From Bacteroidales bacterium (lineage in GTDB: Bacteria; Bacteroidota; Bacteroidia; Bacteroidales; VadinHA17), in contig JAGGWN010000117.1 of NCBI GenBank assembly GCA_021157415.1, positions 844 through 64,843 of the forward strand: a DNA stretch of 64,000 nt, given 5' to 3'. Within the stretch, counting starts at the first letter, position 1. Each line of letters opens with the position of its first letter. The notes under the pieces were generated by a model. That model was given only the letters and a program-made list of their open reading frames with translations, did not search any database and was not told the DNA's origin. The position numbers and the translations under genes were made by a program. Positions 35,776 through 46,649 of this stretch are shown here, in pieces.

Positions 35776-36552
35776 TTATTCGCTTTCCACCTCTTGAGCG
35801 AGATCCTCATCAATAAGTATTCTGCCACAATATTCGCATACAATGATTTTTTTCCGGGTTTTGATATCCAGTTGTCTCTGGGGAGGGATTTTATTGAAAC
35901 ATCCGCCACAGGCATCTCGTTGTATGGTAACAATAGCCAAACCGTTACGTGCATTGGCACGTATCCTTTTATAGGCGGTCAATAAACGGGGATCTATTTT
36001 TTTCTGAAGCTCTTTTGATTTTTCAGCGAGTAGTTCTTCTTCTTTTTGTGTATCAGAGATAATGGCATTCAGTTCCTCTTGTTTGCCTGTCAGGTCTTTT
36101 TCCCTTTCCTGTAATTGTTCCCTGGATTTTTCAATGGTGTTATTTTTCTCTTTGATCTTTTCGGTGAATTCGCTGATATGCTTCTTGTACAGTTCTATTT
36201 CCAACTTCTGGTATTCGATTTCCTTGGAAATGGAATCAAACTCTCTGTTGTTACGTACATTCATCTGCTGAGCTTCGTATTTCTTAATCAGGGCCTCAGC
36301 ATCCTTAATTTCATTCTTTTTACCGGCAATATTGTCTTCCAGCTCTTTGATTTCCTTTTCATAGTTTTGAATACGCGTATTCAAACCTGCAATTTCATCT
36401 TCCAGATCCTGGACTTCCAAGGGTAACTCTCCCCGGAGAGTCCTGATCTTATCAATCTTAGAGTCGGTTAACTGGAGAGAATACAAAAGTCTCAGTTTTT
36501 CTTCTATCGTCATTTCTTTTGGCTCAGCGGTTGTTTTGCTTTTGGTACCCAT
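35776..36552 (-). CDS. COG1579-type coiled-coil protein with a C-terminal C4 zinc ribbon
   Basis: Long coiled coil followed by CGGCFNKIPPQ...CEYCGRIL. It lies immediately downstream of the Nif3 gene, which is a well-known conserved pairing. Confidence 0.8.
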   Translation of the reverse strand: MGTKSKTTAEPKEMTIEEKLRLLYSLQLTDSKIDKIRTLRGELPLEVQDLEDEIAGLNTRIQNYEKEIKELEDNIAGKKNEIKDAEALIKKYEAQQMNVRNNREFDSISKEIEYQKLEIELYKKHISEFTEKIKEKNNTIEKSREQLQEREKDLTGKQEELNAIISDTQKEEELLAEKSKELQKKIDPRLLTAYKRIRANARNGLAIVTIQRDACGGCFNKIPPQRQLDIKTRKKIIVCEYCGRILIDEDLAQEVESE

Positions 36553-36554
36553 TG

Positions 36555-37655
36555 TTAATAATAATTTATAGGATTCGTTTTTACTTTTGAAAAATGAAGT
36601 ACAAAGTTAGGGAATTTTTTCAAAAGTAAGTCATAAAATATTTCCGTTGTAAATTGCTCACTTTCAAAATGCCCGATATCCGCGATCACAATGTTCCTGT
36701 CCGCATTAAAGAATTCATGATACTTGAAGTCGGCACTGACATAAAACTCTGCACCGGTGCGGATGGCAGCCCCGAGAAGAAAGCTTCCGGTGCCTCCGCA
36801 CAATGCCACTTTATGAACCGGTTTATTTAACAAGGGGGTATGCCGGATGCAAGAGGCGTTAAATACTGTCTTTAGTTTGTCCAGAAACTCTTTCTCACTG
36901 AGCGGTGCCGGAAGAACACCGGTTATGCCCAGGCCTGCCCCGTGGTATTCATTTTCCAATGAATAAATGTCATAGGCTGGTTCTTCATAAGGGTGTGCCT
37001 CTGTTATGGCCCGGAGTATCCGGGATTGCAGATGAGCGGGGAAAATAGTTTCTGTTCTTACTTCCTTTTCCGTATGGAGAACGCCGGGTTTCCCTGCGAA
37101 AGGATGGGTGTTCACCGATCCCCGGAAAGTCCCCTCGCCCGTAACATTGAAACTACATTCGTCATAGTTTCCGACAGTTCCGGCGCCTGCCTTAAAAACA
37201 GCTTTCCTGACTTTTTCTGCATATTCAACAGGGACAAAAACGACCAGCTTTCTTAAGGTTTCTTTCCCCCCGGGCGTTAAAATACTGATGTTTTCCAGGT
37301 CCAGTTTTTCGGCCATTCGTTTGCTTACGCCTTCGGCGATCGAGTCAAAATTGGTGTGGCCGGCAAAAACTGCAATTTTGTTCCGGATGGCTTTGATCAC
37401 GGTACGTTCTACAGCATTGTCCCCGGTAAGTTTTTTTAATCCCTTGAAAATGACGGGATGGTGGGCAATGATAAGGTTTATCCCCAGACGGACAGCTTCT
37501 TCTACCACTTCTTCCGTAACATCGATGGTAAGCAACGCGCCGTTAACATCCATATCAGCATCCCCGGTCTGTAAGCCGGAATTATCATACGATTCCTGAT
37601 ACGAAAGCGGAGCGATCCCGTGCAGATAAGTCACTATATCTTTTAGTTTTGTCAT
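36555..37655 (-). CDS. Nif3-like dinuclear metal centre protein (GTP cyclohydrolase 1 type 2 homologue)
   Basis: N-terminal SYDNSGLQ, IAHHPVIFKGLKKL, an inserted PII-like middle domain and a C-terminal GHFESEQF. Confidence 0.85.
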   Translation of the reverse strand: MTKLKDIVTYLHGIAPLSYQESYDNSGLQTGDADMDVNGALLTIDVTEEVVEEAVRLGINLIIAHHPVIFKGLKKLTGDNAVERTVIKAIRNKIAVFAGHTNFDSIAEGVSKRMAEKLDLENISILTPGGKETLRKLVVFVPVEYAEKVRKAVFKAGAGTVGNYDECSFNVTGEGTFRGSVNTHPFAGKPGVLHTEKEVRTETIFPAHLQSRILRAITEAHPYEEPAYDIYSLENEYHGAGLGITGVLPAPLSEKEFLDKLKTVFNASCIRHTPLLNKPVHKVALCGGTGSFLLGAAIRTGAEFYVSADFKYHEFFNADRNIVIADIGHFESEQFTTEIFYDLLLKKFPNFVLHFSKVKTNPINYY

Positions 37656-37744
37656 AGGGCTTGGAATGATTTTGGAAAATATTACTTCATTGCATCCTCT
37701 GAACTGTGCATATCCTTCTTTTGTGCTACCTTTCCCTCACTGAT

Positions 37745-38080
37745 TCATAAATTATTCCTGATCTCCAACAACAACCTTCGGATTTCCTGCAAAGTTTTTA
37801 CGACCTCAAAGTTTTCAACCGTTTCTTCCTTATTTTCACGCAGTTTCTTTTTGGCCCCTTTCAGGGTCATGCCTCTTTCCTTGACAAGATGGTAGATAAT
37901 GTGAAAATTGTCTATATCTTTTTGGGTGAAAAGACGGTTCCCTTTTTTGTTTTTTTTAGGTTTGATAATATCAAATTCCTTTTCCCAGTAACGGATCAAT
38001 GAGGTATTTACATGGAACATTTCCGCCACTTCTCCGATGGAGTAATACAAACGTTCGACTTTTTTTTCTTTGTAGGGCAC
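37745..38080 (-). CDS. MerR family transcriptional regulator (short form)
   Basis: YYSIGEVAEMFHVNTSLIRYWEKEFDIIKPKKNKKGNRLFTQKDI is a canonical MerR HTH. GTG start. Confidence 0.8.
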   Translation of the reverse strand: MPYKEKKVERLYYSIGEVAEMFHVNTSLIRYWEKEFDIIKPKKNKKGNRLFTQKDIDNFHIIYHLVKERGMTLKGAKKKLRENKEETVENFEVVKTLQEIRRLLLEIRNNL

Positions 38081-38142
38081 GTTTCAGTAATTGAAAATGG
38101 AAGCACAAATTAAAAAAAATACTTTATATAACAATAAGTTTT

Positions 38143-39630
38143 TCATTGTTTCCCAAAACAATATAAAAAACCATTCCTGGATGCGAGATATAGTCTTCCG
38201 TTCCAGACGATGGGGGTTGCTTCGAAAGGGGCATTGAAGTGATCAAGGAATTTAAGATTTATATTGTTTTGTTTGTTTTCAATAAGATAAAGATACAGGC
38301 CGTTATATCCTGCTGCGATAAGTTTGTTGCCGACAATCAAAGGGGTGGAGATAGACGGACCGATATGTTTGCGGGCAAGCAGGCGCGGCAGGGGCCAGGT
38401 GCTGACAGAGTCGGGGCCTATGTGAGTGGTGTCTGGCAGCAGGCTGTTGTGTTGTACCAGGTAAAGATAGCCGTCTATTCCTGAAAAGGCCGCCAGCGGG
38501 GGATATCCCTGCGGGAGATCCTGGTCGTTGACAGCAGCTGTGCCGATGACCCCGCCTTCCCACGAACCTACGCTGTCATTGGCGGTTGGCTGAAACCATA
38601 CGACAGCCTGCGCCGGTGGTTTACGCGGATCCAACTTGAACACCCCGCCCGGCCCGGGGATGTATTGTCTTTCGACAGAGACCAGAATACAACTGTCACG
38701 GGTGACTGCAGGTGAGCCGTCCATGTCCGAACCGATATAAAAATCCCAGTCCAGCCGGTGGGTGTTCATATTGTAGCGGAAGACATGGCCTGATCCGGAA
38801 GTGATGAATATATAGGGACCCAGACGGCTGGGAGAGGATTCCGTTACCACATTGTATTTATGTCTGATCACATCTTCCCGCCGGTATAACCTGATTTCCC
38901 TGAGGATCCGGGGTTGTAGCATGCTGTCTTTCACAGCAGCCACGGCCGGGTCAGGATCAATGAGGGTAAACAACGAATTTTCCAGGCCTATATACAAAGT
39001 GTCGTGTATGATCAGGGCAGAGCCGTCCACATCACGGCTGTAACTGTCGGTCCATTTGCTGTCCAGACGCCATATCTCTTTTCCCGTAAGCAGAGAGATG
39101 GCCCTGAAACTGGGAACATGGGGTGCATCGAGGTAATGCTCTGTTCCCAAACGGCTGCCCTGAAAAATGATATATTCTTCTTCGCAGGAACGGGCCTTCG
39201 GGTTGTGCCAGATCGTGCCGGTACCTTTTACTACATCGTCAAAGGTGTATTGCCAGACAATCTTCCCGTTACTGGCATCGATTTTTTTCAGGTGATGATC
39301 ATAAGCTCCCTGGATCAGGTATAACCGTCCGTTTTCCCTGACGAGAAGCGGTTGCCCTGTCCATCCGGCTCCGGCCCAGATCTTTTCCCCTAGATTCCTG
39401 GAAATCACGGTTTTCCCTTTTCCCAGGTAGAGCTTCCATAATAGATGAAGATTGTCAGGGGCTTTGTTTCCGTAAAAATTACGCCTTTCATTGCCCAGGA
39501 ATGTTCCGTCCAGTATTTCCACTTTCATTCCGGCGGAATCGGCAGGAGAGATGGTTGCCGGAGGACCCGTGCCACAGAGTCCTGTTCCCGGAAACAGCAG
39601 TATTAATAATACAAAGACATTTGTTTTCAT
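38143..39630 (-). CDS. Secreted PQQ-like (BamB-type) beta-propeller repeat protein
   Basis: Signal peptide and repeated motifs of the type G.IVW...D....G...V.....Y. across the whole length. Confidence 0.65.
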   Translation of the reverse strand: MKTNVFVLLILLFPGTGLCGTGPPATISPADSAGMKVEILDGTFLGNERRNFYGNKAPDNLHLLWKLYLGKGKTVISRNLGEKIWAGAGWTGQPLLVRENGRLYLIQGAYDHHLKKIDASNGKIVWQYTFDDVVKGTGTIWHNPKARSCEEEYIIFQGSRLGTEHYLDAPHVPSFRAISLLTGKEIWRLDSKWTDSYSRDVDGSALIIHDTLYIGLENSLFTLIDPDPAVAAVKDSMLQPRILREIRLYRREDVIRHKYNVVTESSPSRLGPYIFITSGSGHVFRYNMNTHRLDWDFYIGSDMDGSPAVTRDSCILVSVERQYIPGPGGVFKLDPRKPPAQAVVWFQPTANDSVGSWEGGVIGTAAVNDQDLPQGYPPLAAFSGIDGYLYLVQHNSLLPDTTHIGPDSVSTWPLPRLLARKHIGPSISTPLIVGNKLIAAGYNGLYLYLIENKQNNINLKFLDHFNAPFEATPIVWNGRLYLASRNGFLYCFGKQ

Positions 39631-39843
39631 CCTTTTTCAAAAAAACAGTTCGCGGGGAACGGTTTGTAATATTTGGGCAATATGTTTAACGATGGATGAG
39701 TCAGGTCAGAAAAGGTGGATTTTCGTTAAAATCAAGGCGGAGAAAATTTTGCAACCGCAATTAACTTGTTGTTAATAAGGATTGAAGGATTCTTGACAAC
39801 GAAGAGTTTGCAACAAAGACCCTTTTTAGACTGGACGCATGTA

Positions 39844-40815
39844 TTAATCGAGAGATTGCTTGACATTATTGGTCAGTTCGACCATTTTTTCATATTCGTC
39901 TGCGGTAAGGTCATTGAAAAAATAGTTGATGGGATTCACATATTTTCCTCTCAACATTACGCCGTAATGCAGGTGAGGCCCTGTTGACAGTCCTGTGTTT
40001 CCTACATAACCGATCACATCGCCACGTTTAACGTGTTGTCCTCTTTTTACATTGAAGGCGTTCAGGTGTGCATAGAGTGACACATATCCGAATCCATGGT
40101 CGATAAGTATCTCGTTTCCATATCCTCTTCGGGAACGGACAACTTTTTTGATTACTCCGTCGCCCGTGGCATATATCGGGGTGCCTTTGGGTGCTGTGAA
40201 GTCAATGCCATAATGAAATTTCCGTATTTTGTATATCGGATGAATTCTCCAGCCCCAGCCGGCAGAAATACGACGCAGGTTTTTGTTGGAAATGGGCTGG
40301 ATAGCCGGAACACAGGAAAGCATTTTTTTCTTGTTTCGCGCCAGCTTGATTAGCTCATCATACGACTTGCTCTGAACATAAGCTTCTTTGGTTATGATAT
40401 CCAGTTTTCGGGCGGTCTCAATAATAATGTCCGAGTTGTCGTGTCCTTCAAGATCGGAATATTTATTGATCCCTCCGTATCCGGCTTTTCTTACCGATGA
40501 CGGAATCGGATCGGCTTCAAAGATGGTGCGGTACAGATTGTCATCCCTTTGTTGCAGATCTGCCAGTACGGCGCTTACCTGTTCCAACCGCTTGTTCATG
40601 ATCTCATATTGAGCCCTCATGGCAGATATTTCCCGCTTCAGCTTCTTTTCCTTGGGGGAATCTATGAAATAGGAGAGAATCCCAAAATAAATCCCCGCCA
40701 GCAACATACTGGCAAACAAATAAATAAAAAACCGGAAGATTTTTTGCTTAAATGTATGTTCTATCCGGTCATACTGAAGCGTCTCCGGATTAAAACGATA
40801 TTTTGCTTTGGCCAT
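39844..40815 (-). CDS. M23 family metallopeptidase (membrane-anchored, coiled-coil linker)
   Basis: N-terminal TM helix, a coiled coil, and a LytM-type catalytic domain (HYGIDFTAPKGTPIYATGDG...GNTGLSTGPHLHY). Confidence 0.85.
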   Translation of the reverse strand: MAKAKYRFNPETLQYDRIEHTFKQKIFRFFIYLFASMLLAGIYFGILSYFIDSPKEKKLKREISAMRAQYEIMNKRLEQVSAVLADLQQRDDNLYRTIFEADPIPSSVRKAGYGGINKYSDLEGHDNSDIIIETARKLDIITKEAYVQSKSYDELIKLARNKKKMLSCVPAIQPISNKNLRRISAGWGWRIHPIYKIRKFHYGIDFTAPKGTPIYATGDGVIKKVVRSRRGYGNEILIDHGFGYVSLYAHLNAFNVKRGQHVKRGDVIGYVGNTGLSTGPHLHYGVMLRGKYVNPINYFFNDLTADEYEKMVELTNNVKQSLD

Positions 40816-40942
40816 TCAGCAAATATTTTAACGAAATTTGAGTGCAAAACTAAAGAATTAAACTAATTTTACAAACTTTTGAACGATAATTTTAATAAAA
40901 AGGTTACATAATAGGCCTGAAAATATTGTAATTTAGAAATAT

Positions 40943-43588
40943 ATGACAAGCACAGAGGTTAGAAAACAGTTTTTGGATTATTTTCATTCCAGGGGACATG
41001 AGATCGTGCCGTCGGCACCGATGGTGGTAAAAAATGATCCGACACTGATGTTTACGAATGCCGGAATGAATCAATTCAAGGATATTTTCCTGGGAAACAG
41101 AAAGCCCCAATATCCCCGTGTGGCCAATGCCCAGAAATGTTTGCGTGTTTCCGGAAAACATAATGATTTGGAAGAGGTAGGGCACGATGCCTATCATCAT
41201 ACCATGTTTGAGATGTTGGGGAACTGGTCCTTTGGCGATTACTTCAAAAAGGAAGCCATACGGATGGCCTGGGAGTTTCTGACGGAAAGGATGAGTATCG
41301 ATCCCGGAAGGTTGTATGCTACGGTCCTTGGCGGGGATGCTGCTGATGGATTACAACGGGATGATGAAGCAGCTCGTTACTGGGCGGAGAATCTTCCGGC
41401 TGACCATATTCTCGACGGCTCGAAAAAGGACAACTTCTGGGAAATGGGAGATACCGGTCCGTGCGGTCCCTGTACGGAAATTCATATTGATATCCGTGAT
41501 GAGCAGGAAAGGGATAAAGTGCCGGGGAAAGAACTGGTAAACAAAGATCATCCCGAGGTGATTGAAATTTGGAATCTGGTATTTATTCAGTATAACCGGA
41601 AGGAGAACGGCGAACTTGTGCCTTTGCCGGTGAATCATGTGGATACGGGTATGGGTTTCGAAAGGCTCTGTATGATCATGCAGGGCAAAAAATCCAATTA
41701 TGAAACGGATATTTTTATGCCCGTGATCCGGGAGATAAGCGCTATGGCTGGGATACCCTATGGACAGGACAAAGGGGCCGATGCGGCTATGCATGTGGTG
41801 GCCGATCACCTGCGGGCCGTGGCTTTTTCTATTGCCGACGGCCAGTTACCCTCCAACAACAAGGCGGGCTATGTAATCCGCAGGATCCTGCGGCGGGCAG
41901 TACGTTATGGTTATACCTACCTGAAACAAAACGACCCTTTCATCTATCGCCTGATCCCTGTACTGGTACAGGTGATGGGCCCTGCTTATCCCGAGATAAC
42001 GCAACAGGAAGAGCTGATCACCCGTGTGATCCGCGAAGAGGAGCGCGCTTTTCTGCGTACCCTGGAAACAGGAATGAACAAACTTGAAACGGTAATATCT
42101 CAAAGTAAGGAGAAAAAAGAACGAACGCTGGACGGAAAAATTGCTTTTGAATTGTACGATACTTTTGGCTTTCCCCTCGACCTGACGGCTCTGATTGCCA
42201 GGGAAAACGACATGGACGTGGATACGGCAGGCTTCAATAGGGAGATGCAGGAACAGAAAACCCGTTCTCGTCATGCAGCCGCCCAGGATACCTCCGATTG
42301 GGTGGAGCTGCAGCAGGCTGACGAAGTGACATTTGTCGGTTATGACCAGCTGGAAACAGAAGTGCGGATCGTTAAGTACCGGAAAGTTAATCAGAAAAAA
42401 AAGGAATACTATCATCTGGTGTTTGATAAAACTCCTTTCTATGCCGAATCGGGGGGACAGGTGGGGGATACCGGCCTCCTGGAGAATGGCGGTGAGAAGA
42501 TACATATCCTGAATACAATCAGGGAAAATGAGCTGATCATTCATATTGCTGACAAGCTGCCGGAAAATCCGGAGGTTGTTTTTACGGCGGTCGTAAACCG
42601 GCAGAAGCGACAATCCACAGCCAATAATCATACTGCTACCCATTTGTTGCACTGGGCTCTGCGAAAGGTGTTGGGCACACATGTCGAACAGAAAGGATCA
42701 TTGGTACACCCGGATTATCTCCGTTTTGATTTTTCTCATTTCCGGAAAGTGACGGAGGAAGAACAGGTGAAAATCGCTTCTCTGGTCAATGAAAAAATAC
42801 GGGAAAATATCCCCCTGAAGGAGTTACGTGACATCCCGCTGGAGGAAGCACGTGCTATGGGAGCCATGTCGCTGTTTGGAGAAAAATATGGCGAAAAGGT
42901 ACGGGTGATCCGTTTCGGAGAGTCGGTAGAGTTATGTGGCGGGACACATGTGGAATCTACCGGCCGGATCGGGTTGTTTCTGATTGTATCGGAGAATGCG
43001 GTGGCCGCTGGCATACGAAGGATTGAAGCAGTGACCGGCAGAAAAGCCGAAGAACTGGTTTTTGAAAGAAGCCGCCTGCTGGATGAGCTGAAAAGTTTAC
43101 TGAAAGTAAATAAGGATATCCCGGCAAGGGTGAAAGAGTTGCTGGAAGAGAACAAAAGGGCGGCGGCCGGCCTGGAAGAATGCAACCGGGAACGACTGGT
43201 TCAGGTAAAGGATAAATTGCTGGCTGCCGGTGAAACAATGGGGGATGTTCACCTGGTGCATGGAATCGTGGATATCCCTTCTTCAAAGCTGATGAGGGAT
43301 TTGGCTTTCCGTATGAAAAATGAGGTGCCCGGATTGGTGATGGTGGCCGGTGCCGTCTTTGACGGGAAACCAATACTGGCAGTAATGATTGCCGATGAGA
43401 TCGTTCGGGAAAAAGAACTTGACGCCCGCGAAATCATACAGACCGTGGCAAGCGAGATCCATGGCGGCGGCGGCGGCCAGCCGTTTTATGCTACCGCTGG
43501 CGGAAAAAATCCCCGGGGCCTGGAAAAAGCAATTAACACTGCCGTAAACCTGGTAAAAATTAAACTGGGGAAAGAAACAACACCATAA
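40943..43588 (+). CDS. alaS: Alanine--tRNA ligase
   Basis: 881 aa with class II catalytic motifs (FTNAGMNQFK, RVSGKHNDLEEVG), an editing-domain HxxxH...CGGTH motif and a C-terminal DHHA1-like region (GGGGQPFYATAGG). Confidence 0.97.
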   Translation: MTSTEVRKQFLDYFHSRGHEIVPSAPMVVKNDPTLMFTNAGMNQFKDIFLGNRKPQYPRVANAQKCLRVSGKHNDLEEVGHDAYHHTMFEMLGNWSFGDYFKKEAIRMAWEFLTERMSIDPGRLYATVLGGDAADGLQRDDEAARYWAENLPADHILDGSKKDNFWEMGDTGPCGPCTEIHIDIRDEQERDKVPGKELVNKDHPEVIEIWNLVFIQYNRKENGELVPLPVNHVDTGMGFERLCMIMQGKKSNYETDIFMPVIREISAMAGIPYGQDKGADAAMHVVADHLRAVAFSIADGQLPSNNKAGYVIRRILRRAVRYGYTYLKQNDPFIYRLIPVLVQVMGPAYPEITQQEELITRVIREEERAFLRTLETGMNKLETVISQSKEKKERTLDGKIAFELYDTFGFPLDLTALIARENDMDVDTAGFNREMQEQKTRSRHAAAQDTSDWVELQQADEVTFVGYDQLETEVRIVKYRKVNQKKKEYYHLVFDKTPFYAESGGQVGDTGLLENGGEKIHILNTIRENELIIHIADKLPENPEVVFTAVVNRQKRQSTANNHTATHLLHWALRKVLGTHVEQKGSLVHPDYLRFDFSHFRKVTEEEQVKIASLVNEKIRENIPLKELRDIPLEEARAMGAMSLFGEKYGEKVRVIRFGESVELCGGTHVESTGRIGLFLIVSENAVAAGIRRIEAVTGRKAEELVFERSRLLDELKSLLKVNKDIPARVKELLEENKRAAAGLEECNRERLVQVKDKLLAAGETMGDVHLVHGIVDIPSSKLMRDLAFRMKNEVPGLVMVAGAVFDGKPILAVMIADEIVREKELDAREIIQTVASEIHGGGGGQPFYATAGGKNPRGLEKAINTAVNLVKIKLGKETTP

Positions 43589-43619
43589 CCGTGTTTCGTC
43601 ACTTATGGATCATCGTTCC

Positions 43620-45431
43620 TTATCTTTTATGCTCAAAGCCTTTCATATCATCTTCTGCCCCATATTGGTAAATATCCCGGATGAGATGTTCATATTTTTT
43701 GTATAGATTACGGCGTTTGAGTTTCAGGGTGGGAGAGAGCTCGCCACTGGCGGGGCTCCACTCATCGCATACCAGCCGGAAACGCTTGATCTGCTCATGA
43801 AAGGCCAGATTTTTGTTGATCTCATTCACTTCCCGCTGGTACCGGGCTATCACTTCAGGGATATTTATCAGCTCTTTGTTGTCATGGAACGTTATCCCAT
43901 GGAGGTGACACCAACTGTGCAGAAATTCGAAATTCGGGGAAATCAGGGCGCTGGCAAATTTTTCACTTTCTCCGACAACCATGATCTGTTCAATAAACAG
44001 GGATTCCTTGAATTTATTCTCGATCACTTGAGGGGCTATATACTTCCCGCTGGACAACTTGAAAATTTCCTTTTTACGGTCCGTGATCTTCAGGTAAATC
44101 TTGTCCACCATCACCCCGATGTCTCCCGTGGCAAACCAGCCTTCTTCGTCAATGACCTCGCTCGTGATCTCAGGTTTTTTATAGTAGCCCATCATGACAT
44201 TCGGGCCTTTCACCAGGATCTCACCGTCGTCAGCGATCTTCACTTCTACCCCTTCAATCACCGGACCGACAGTGCCTATCATTACCTGGTCGGTGATCAT
44301 GTTGTTTACGGCAATGACGGGAGAGGTCTCCGTCAGGCCGTACCCTTCCAATACTTTAATGTTGGCTGCCCAGAAAACCGTAGCAATACGGGGTTGCAGC
44401 GCAGCACCTCCTGAGACAATCACTTTGGTATTGCCTCCCAGAGCTTCACGCCACTTCGAGTAAACCAGCTTATCGGCAATGCCGTGTTTCAGGTTGTAAA
44501 ACCAGGAGTTTTTGTGGTGCAGTTTGTATTTCAATGCAAGATTGACAGCCCAGAAAAAGATCTGTTTTTTGGCCCCCTTCAAATTTTTGCCTTTGGCCAG
44601 GATCCCGTCATATACACGTTCAAGCAAACGAGGTACCGTGGTGAAAAGGTCCGGTTGAACCTCTTTGATGTCATTGATAATGGTTCCCATACTCTGGGCA
44701 TAATAGATGCTGATACCTTTATATTGATAATGATAATTGAGCATCCTTTCATAGATATGGCTGATGGGCAGAAAACTCAGAGCTTTTGCCTCAAGGCCGA
44801 AAGGATGAACCTTGACTGTAGATTTTACATTGGATATCAGATTGTTGTGGCTTAGCATTACCCCTTTGGGAAAACCCGTTGTTCCGGAAGTGTATATCAT
44901 CGTCAACCAGTCCTCCGGTACGAGAGACTGTTTGATCTCTTTCTGTTTGTCCCTGAATTCCGCTGCATGTGCCCTGCCAATCTCCAGCAATTCTTTCCAG
45001 TTTCGTTCCCCCTCAATTTGGTCGAAGGTGTAAAGGTGTTCTATGCTTTTGACTTTTTTTACCAGAGGTTTGATCTTTTTTACCAATCCCTGATCCGCCA
45101 GGAAGATAAGGCGGGGTTCGGCATCTTTCAGAATATAATCATATTCCTTAACGCTGATGGTAGGATAAACAGGTACCGTAACAACGCCGGTCTGGCTGGC
45201 CCCCATATCAATAAAATTCCATTCGGGACGGTTGTTGGTAATTACGGCAATACGGTCTCCTTTTTTCAGCCCGAGGTGTAACAGGGCATAACTGACCAGC
45301 GTGGCCTGGTCGAAATACTCTTTTGAGCTGATCTTTATCCATTTATCTCCGCTTTTTGCGGCCAGGGCATCATCCTTGTTGTACTTTTCTACTTGCAACT
45401 CAAGGATGTCAAAGGTACGTGTGATCTCCAT
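43620..45431 (-). CDS. Long-chain-fatty-acid--CoA ligase (AMP-forming, FadD-like)
   Basis: AMP-binding motif YTSGTTGFPKGVMLSH, plus EGYGLTETS and TGDIG...DRKKEIFKLSSGKYIAPQ. The start at ATG 45431 (MEITRTF...) is preferred because a -7 box sits at 45481-45488. Confidence 0.85.
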   Translation of the reverse strand: MEITRTFDILELQVEKYNKDDALAAKSGDKWIKISSKEYFDQATLVSYALLHLGLKKGDRIAVITNNRPEWNFIDMGASQTGVVTVPVYPTISVKEYDYILKDAEPRLIFLADQGLVKKIKPLVKKVKSIEHLYTFDQIEGERNWKELLEIGRAHAAEFRDKQKEIKQSLVPEDWLTMIYTSGTTGFPKGVMLSHNNLISNVKSTVKVHPFGLEAKALSFLPISHIYERMLNYHYQYKGISIYYAQSMGTIINDIKEVQPDLFTTVPRLLERVYDGILAKGKNLKGAKKQIFFWAVNLALKYKLHHKNSWFYNLKHGIADKLVYSKWREALGGNTKVIVSGGAALQPRIATVFWAANIKVLEGYGLTETSPVIAVNNMITDQVMIGTVGPVIEGVEVKIADDGEILVKGPNVMMGYYKKPEITSEVIDEEGWFATGDIGVMVDKIYLKITDRKKEIFKLSSGKYIAPQVIENKFKESLFIEQIMVVGESEKFASALISPNFEFLHSWCHLHGITFHDNKELINIPEVIARYQREVNEINKNLAFHEQIKRFRLVCDEWSPASGELSPTLKLKRRNLYKKYEHLIRDIYQYGAEDDMKGFEHKR

Positions 45432-45480
45432 GGCAGATTGAGGTTTTTGCTTGGTAATGGTTGTATAAAGGTTTATCAAG

Positions 45481-45488
45481 CAAACATA
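45481..45488 (-). promoter_or_regulatory. Candidate -7 promoter box (TATGTTTG on the minus strand) for the acyl-CoA ligase gene
   Basis: Exact TAnnTTTG match 50 nt upstream of ATG 45431. It would lie only 2 nt from the ORF-track start at 45479. Confidence 0.35.
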
Positions 45489-45564
45489 TGGATTTATTTT
45501 ATATCAGCCAAACCCTTTTGGTTCCGACTGAGAGGTTGAGGTTTGGATGCGGTTGTAAAAAACC

Positions 45565-45572
45565 TAACTTTG
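45565..45572 (+). promoter_or_regulatory. Candidate -7 promoter box (TAACTTTG) for the ChaN-like gene
   Basis: Exact TAnnTTTG match 37 nt upstream of the ATG at 45609. Confidence 0.4.
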
Positions 45573-45608
45573 CATATACTATAACTAAACATTATAAATG
45601 GTATCATT

Positions 45609-46478
45609 ATGAAAAGTAAATTGTTTATTCTGCTCTTATCCTCTTTGTTTGTTTTTTCTTCTTTCAAACCGGATAAAACGGCTTACCGGTTATATTCTTC
45701 GGAGGGAAAACCTGTGAAATATCAGAAAATGATCGATGATCTCCGTAATGCGGATATGGTTTTTTTCGGGGAAGAACACAATAACCCCGTTGCCCATTGG
45801 CTGGAATATGAAGTGACCAAAAGCATCTATACAATGCGGGGGAAAGACCTTGTCCTGGGTGCCGAAATGATCGAGGCGGACAACCAGTTGCTCATGAATG
45901 AGTATTTGCAGGGCCTCATCCCGACGAAGACGTTTGAAGGAGAAGCCAGGCTTTGGAAAAATTATAAAACCGATTATAAACCTTTGGTGGATTTTGCCCA
46001 TGACAGCGGACTGGTTTTTGTGGCGGATAATATCCCACGTCGCTATGCTTCTATTGTTGCAAAAAAAGGCTTTGAGGGGTTGAATCAAATCAGCGATGAA
46101 GCCAAGACCTATATCCATCCTTTACCCATTCCCTATGATCCTGAGGTGAAATGCTACAAAGATATGCTATCCATGAAAGGGATGGGCGCACATGTCACTC
46201 AGAACTTCCCAAAAGCGCAGGCCGTAAAGGATGCTACCATGGCATGGTTTATTTTCCGGAATTGGAAAAAAGGAAAGATCTTCCTGCATTATAACGGTTC
46301 CTACCACTCTGATTACCACCAGGGAATCGTCTGGTATCTGTTAAACCGGGATCCCTCCCTGCAGATAAAGACTATTTCCGTGGTCTCACAAAAGGACACG
46401 GGAACTTTCGAACCGGAGAACAAAGGACTGGCAGATTATATCATTGTGGTGCCGGAGGATATGACGAAGACCTATTAA
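45609..46478 (+). CDS. ChaN-family (haem-binding uptake, Tiki superfamily) protein
   Basis: Signal peptide and the MVFFGEEHNNPVAHWLE motif typical of ChaN/DUF399. Confidence 0.7.
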   Translation: MKSKLFILLLSSLFVFSSFKPDKTAYRLYSSEGKPVKYQKMIDDLRNADMVFFGEEHNNPVAHWLEYEVTKSIYTMRGKDLVLGAEMIEADNQLLMNEYLQGLIPTKTFEGEARLWKNYKTDYKPLVDFAHDSGLVFVADNIPRRYASIVAKKGFEGLNQISDEAKTYIHPLPIPYDPEVKCYKDMLSMKGMGAHVTQNFPKAQAVKDATMAWFIFRNWKKGKIFLHYNGSYHSDYHQGIVWYLLNRDPSLQIKTISVVSQKDTGTFEPENKGLADYIIVVPEDMTKTY

Positions 46479-46649
46479 CCTGAACGCGAAATTAGCTTTG
46501 CTCACCGTCTCAGATAATGATTGTCTCTTGCTCAATGTTTTATATATGACGGTCATGGAGAGATCCTCCGGGTGGCGCAATCATGTCTGTTGTTCTTTCA
46601 AGAACCCACATATAAGAAAAACCAGTGATACCTCACCCTTCGGGCTTTC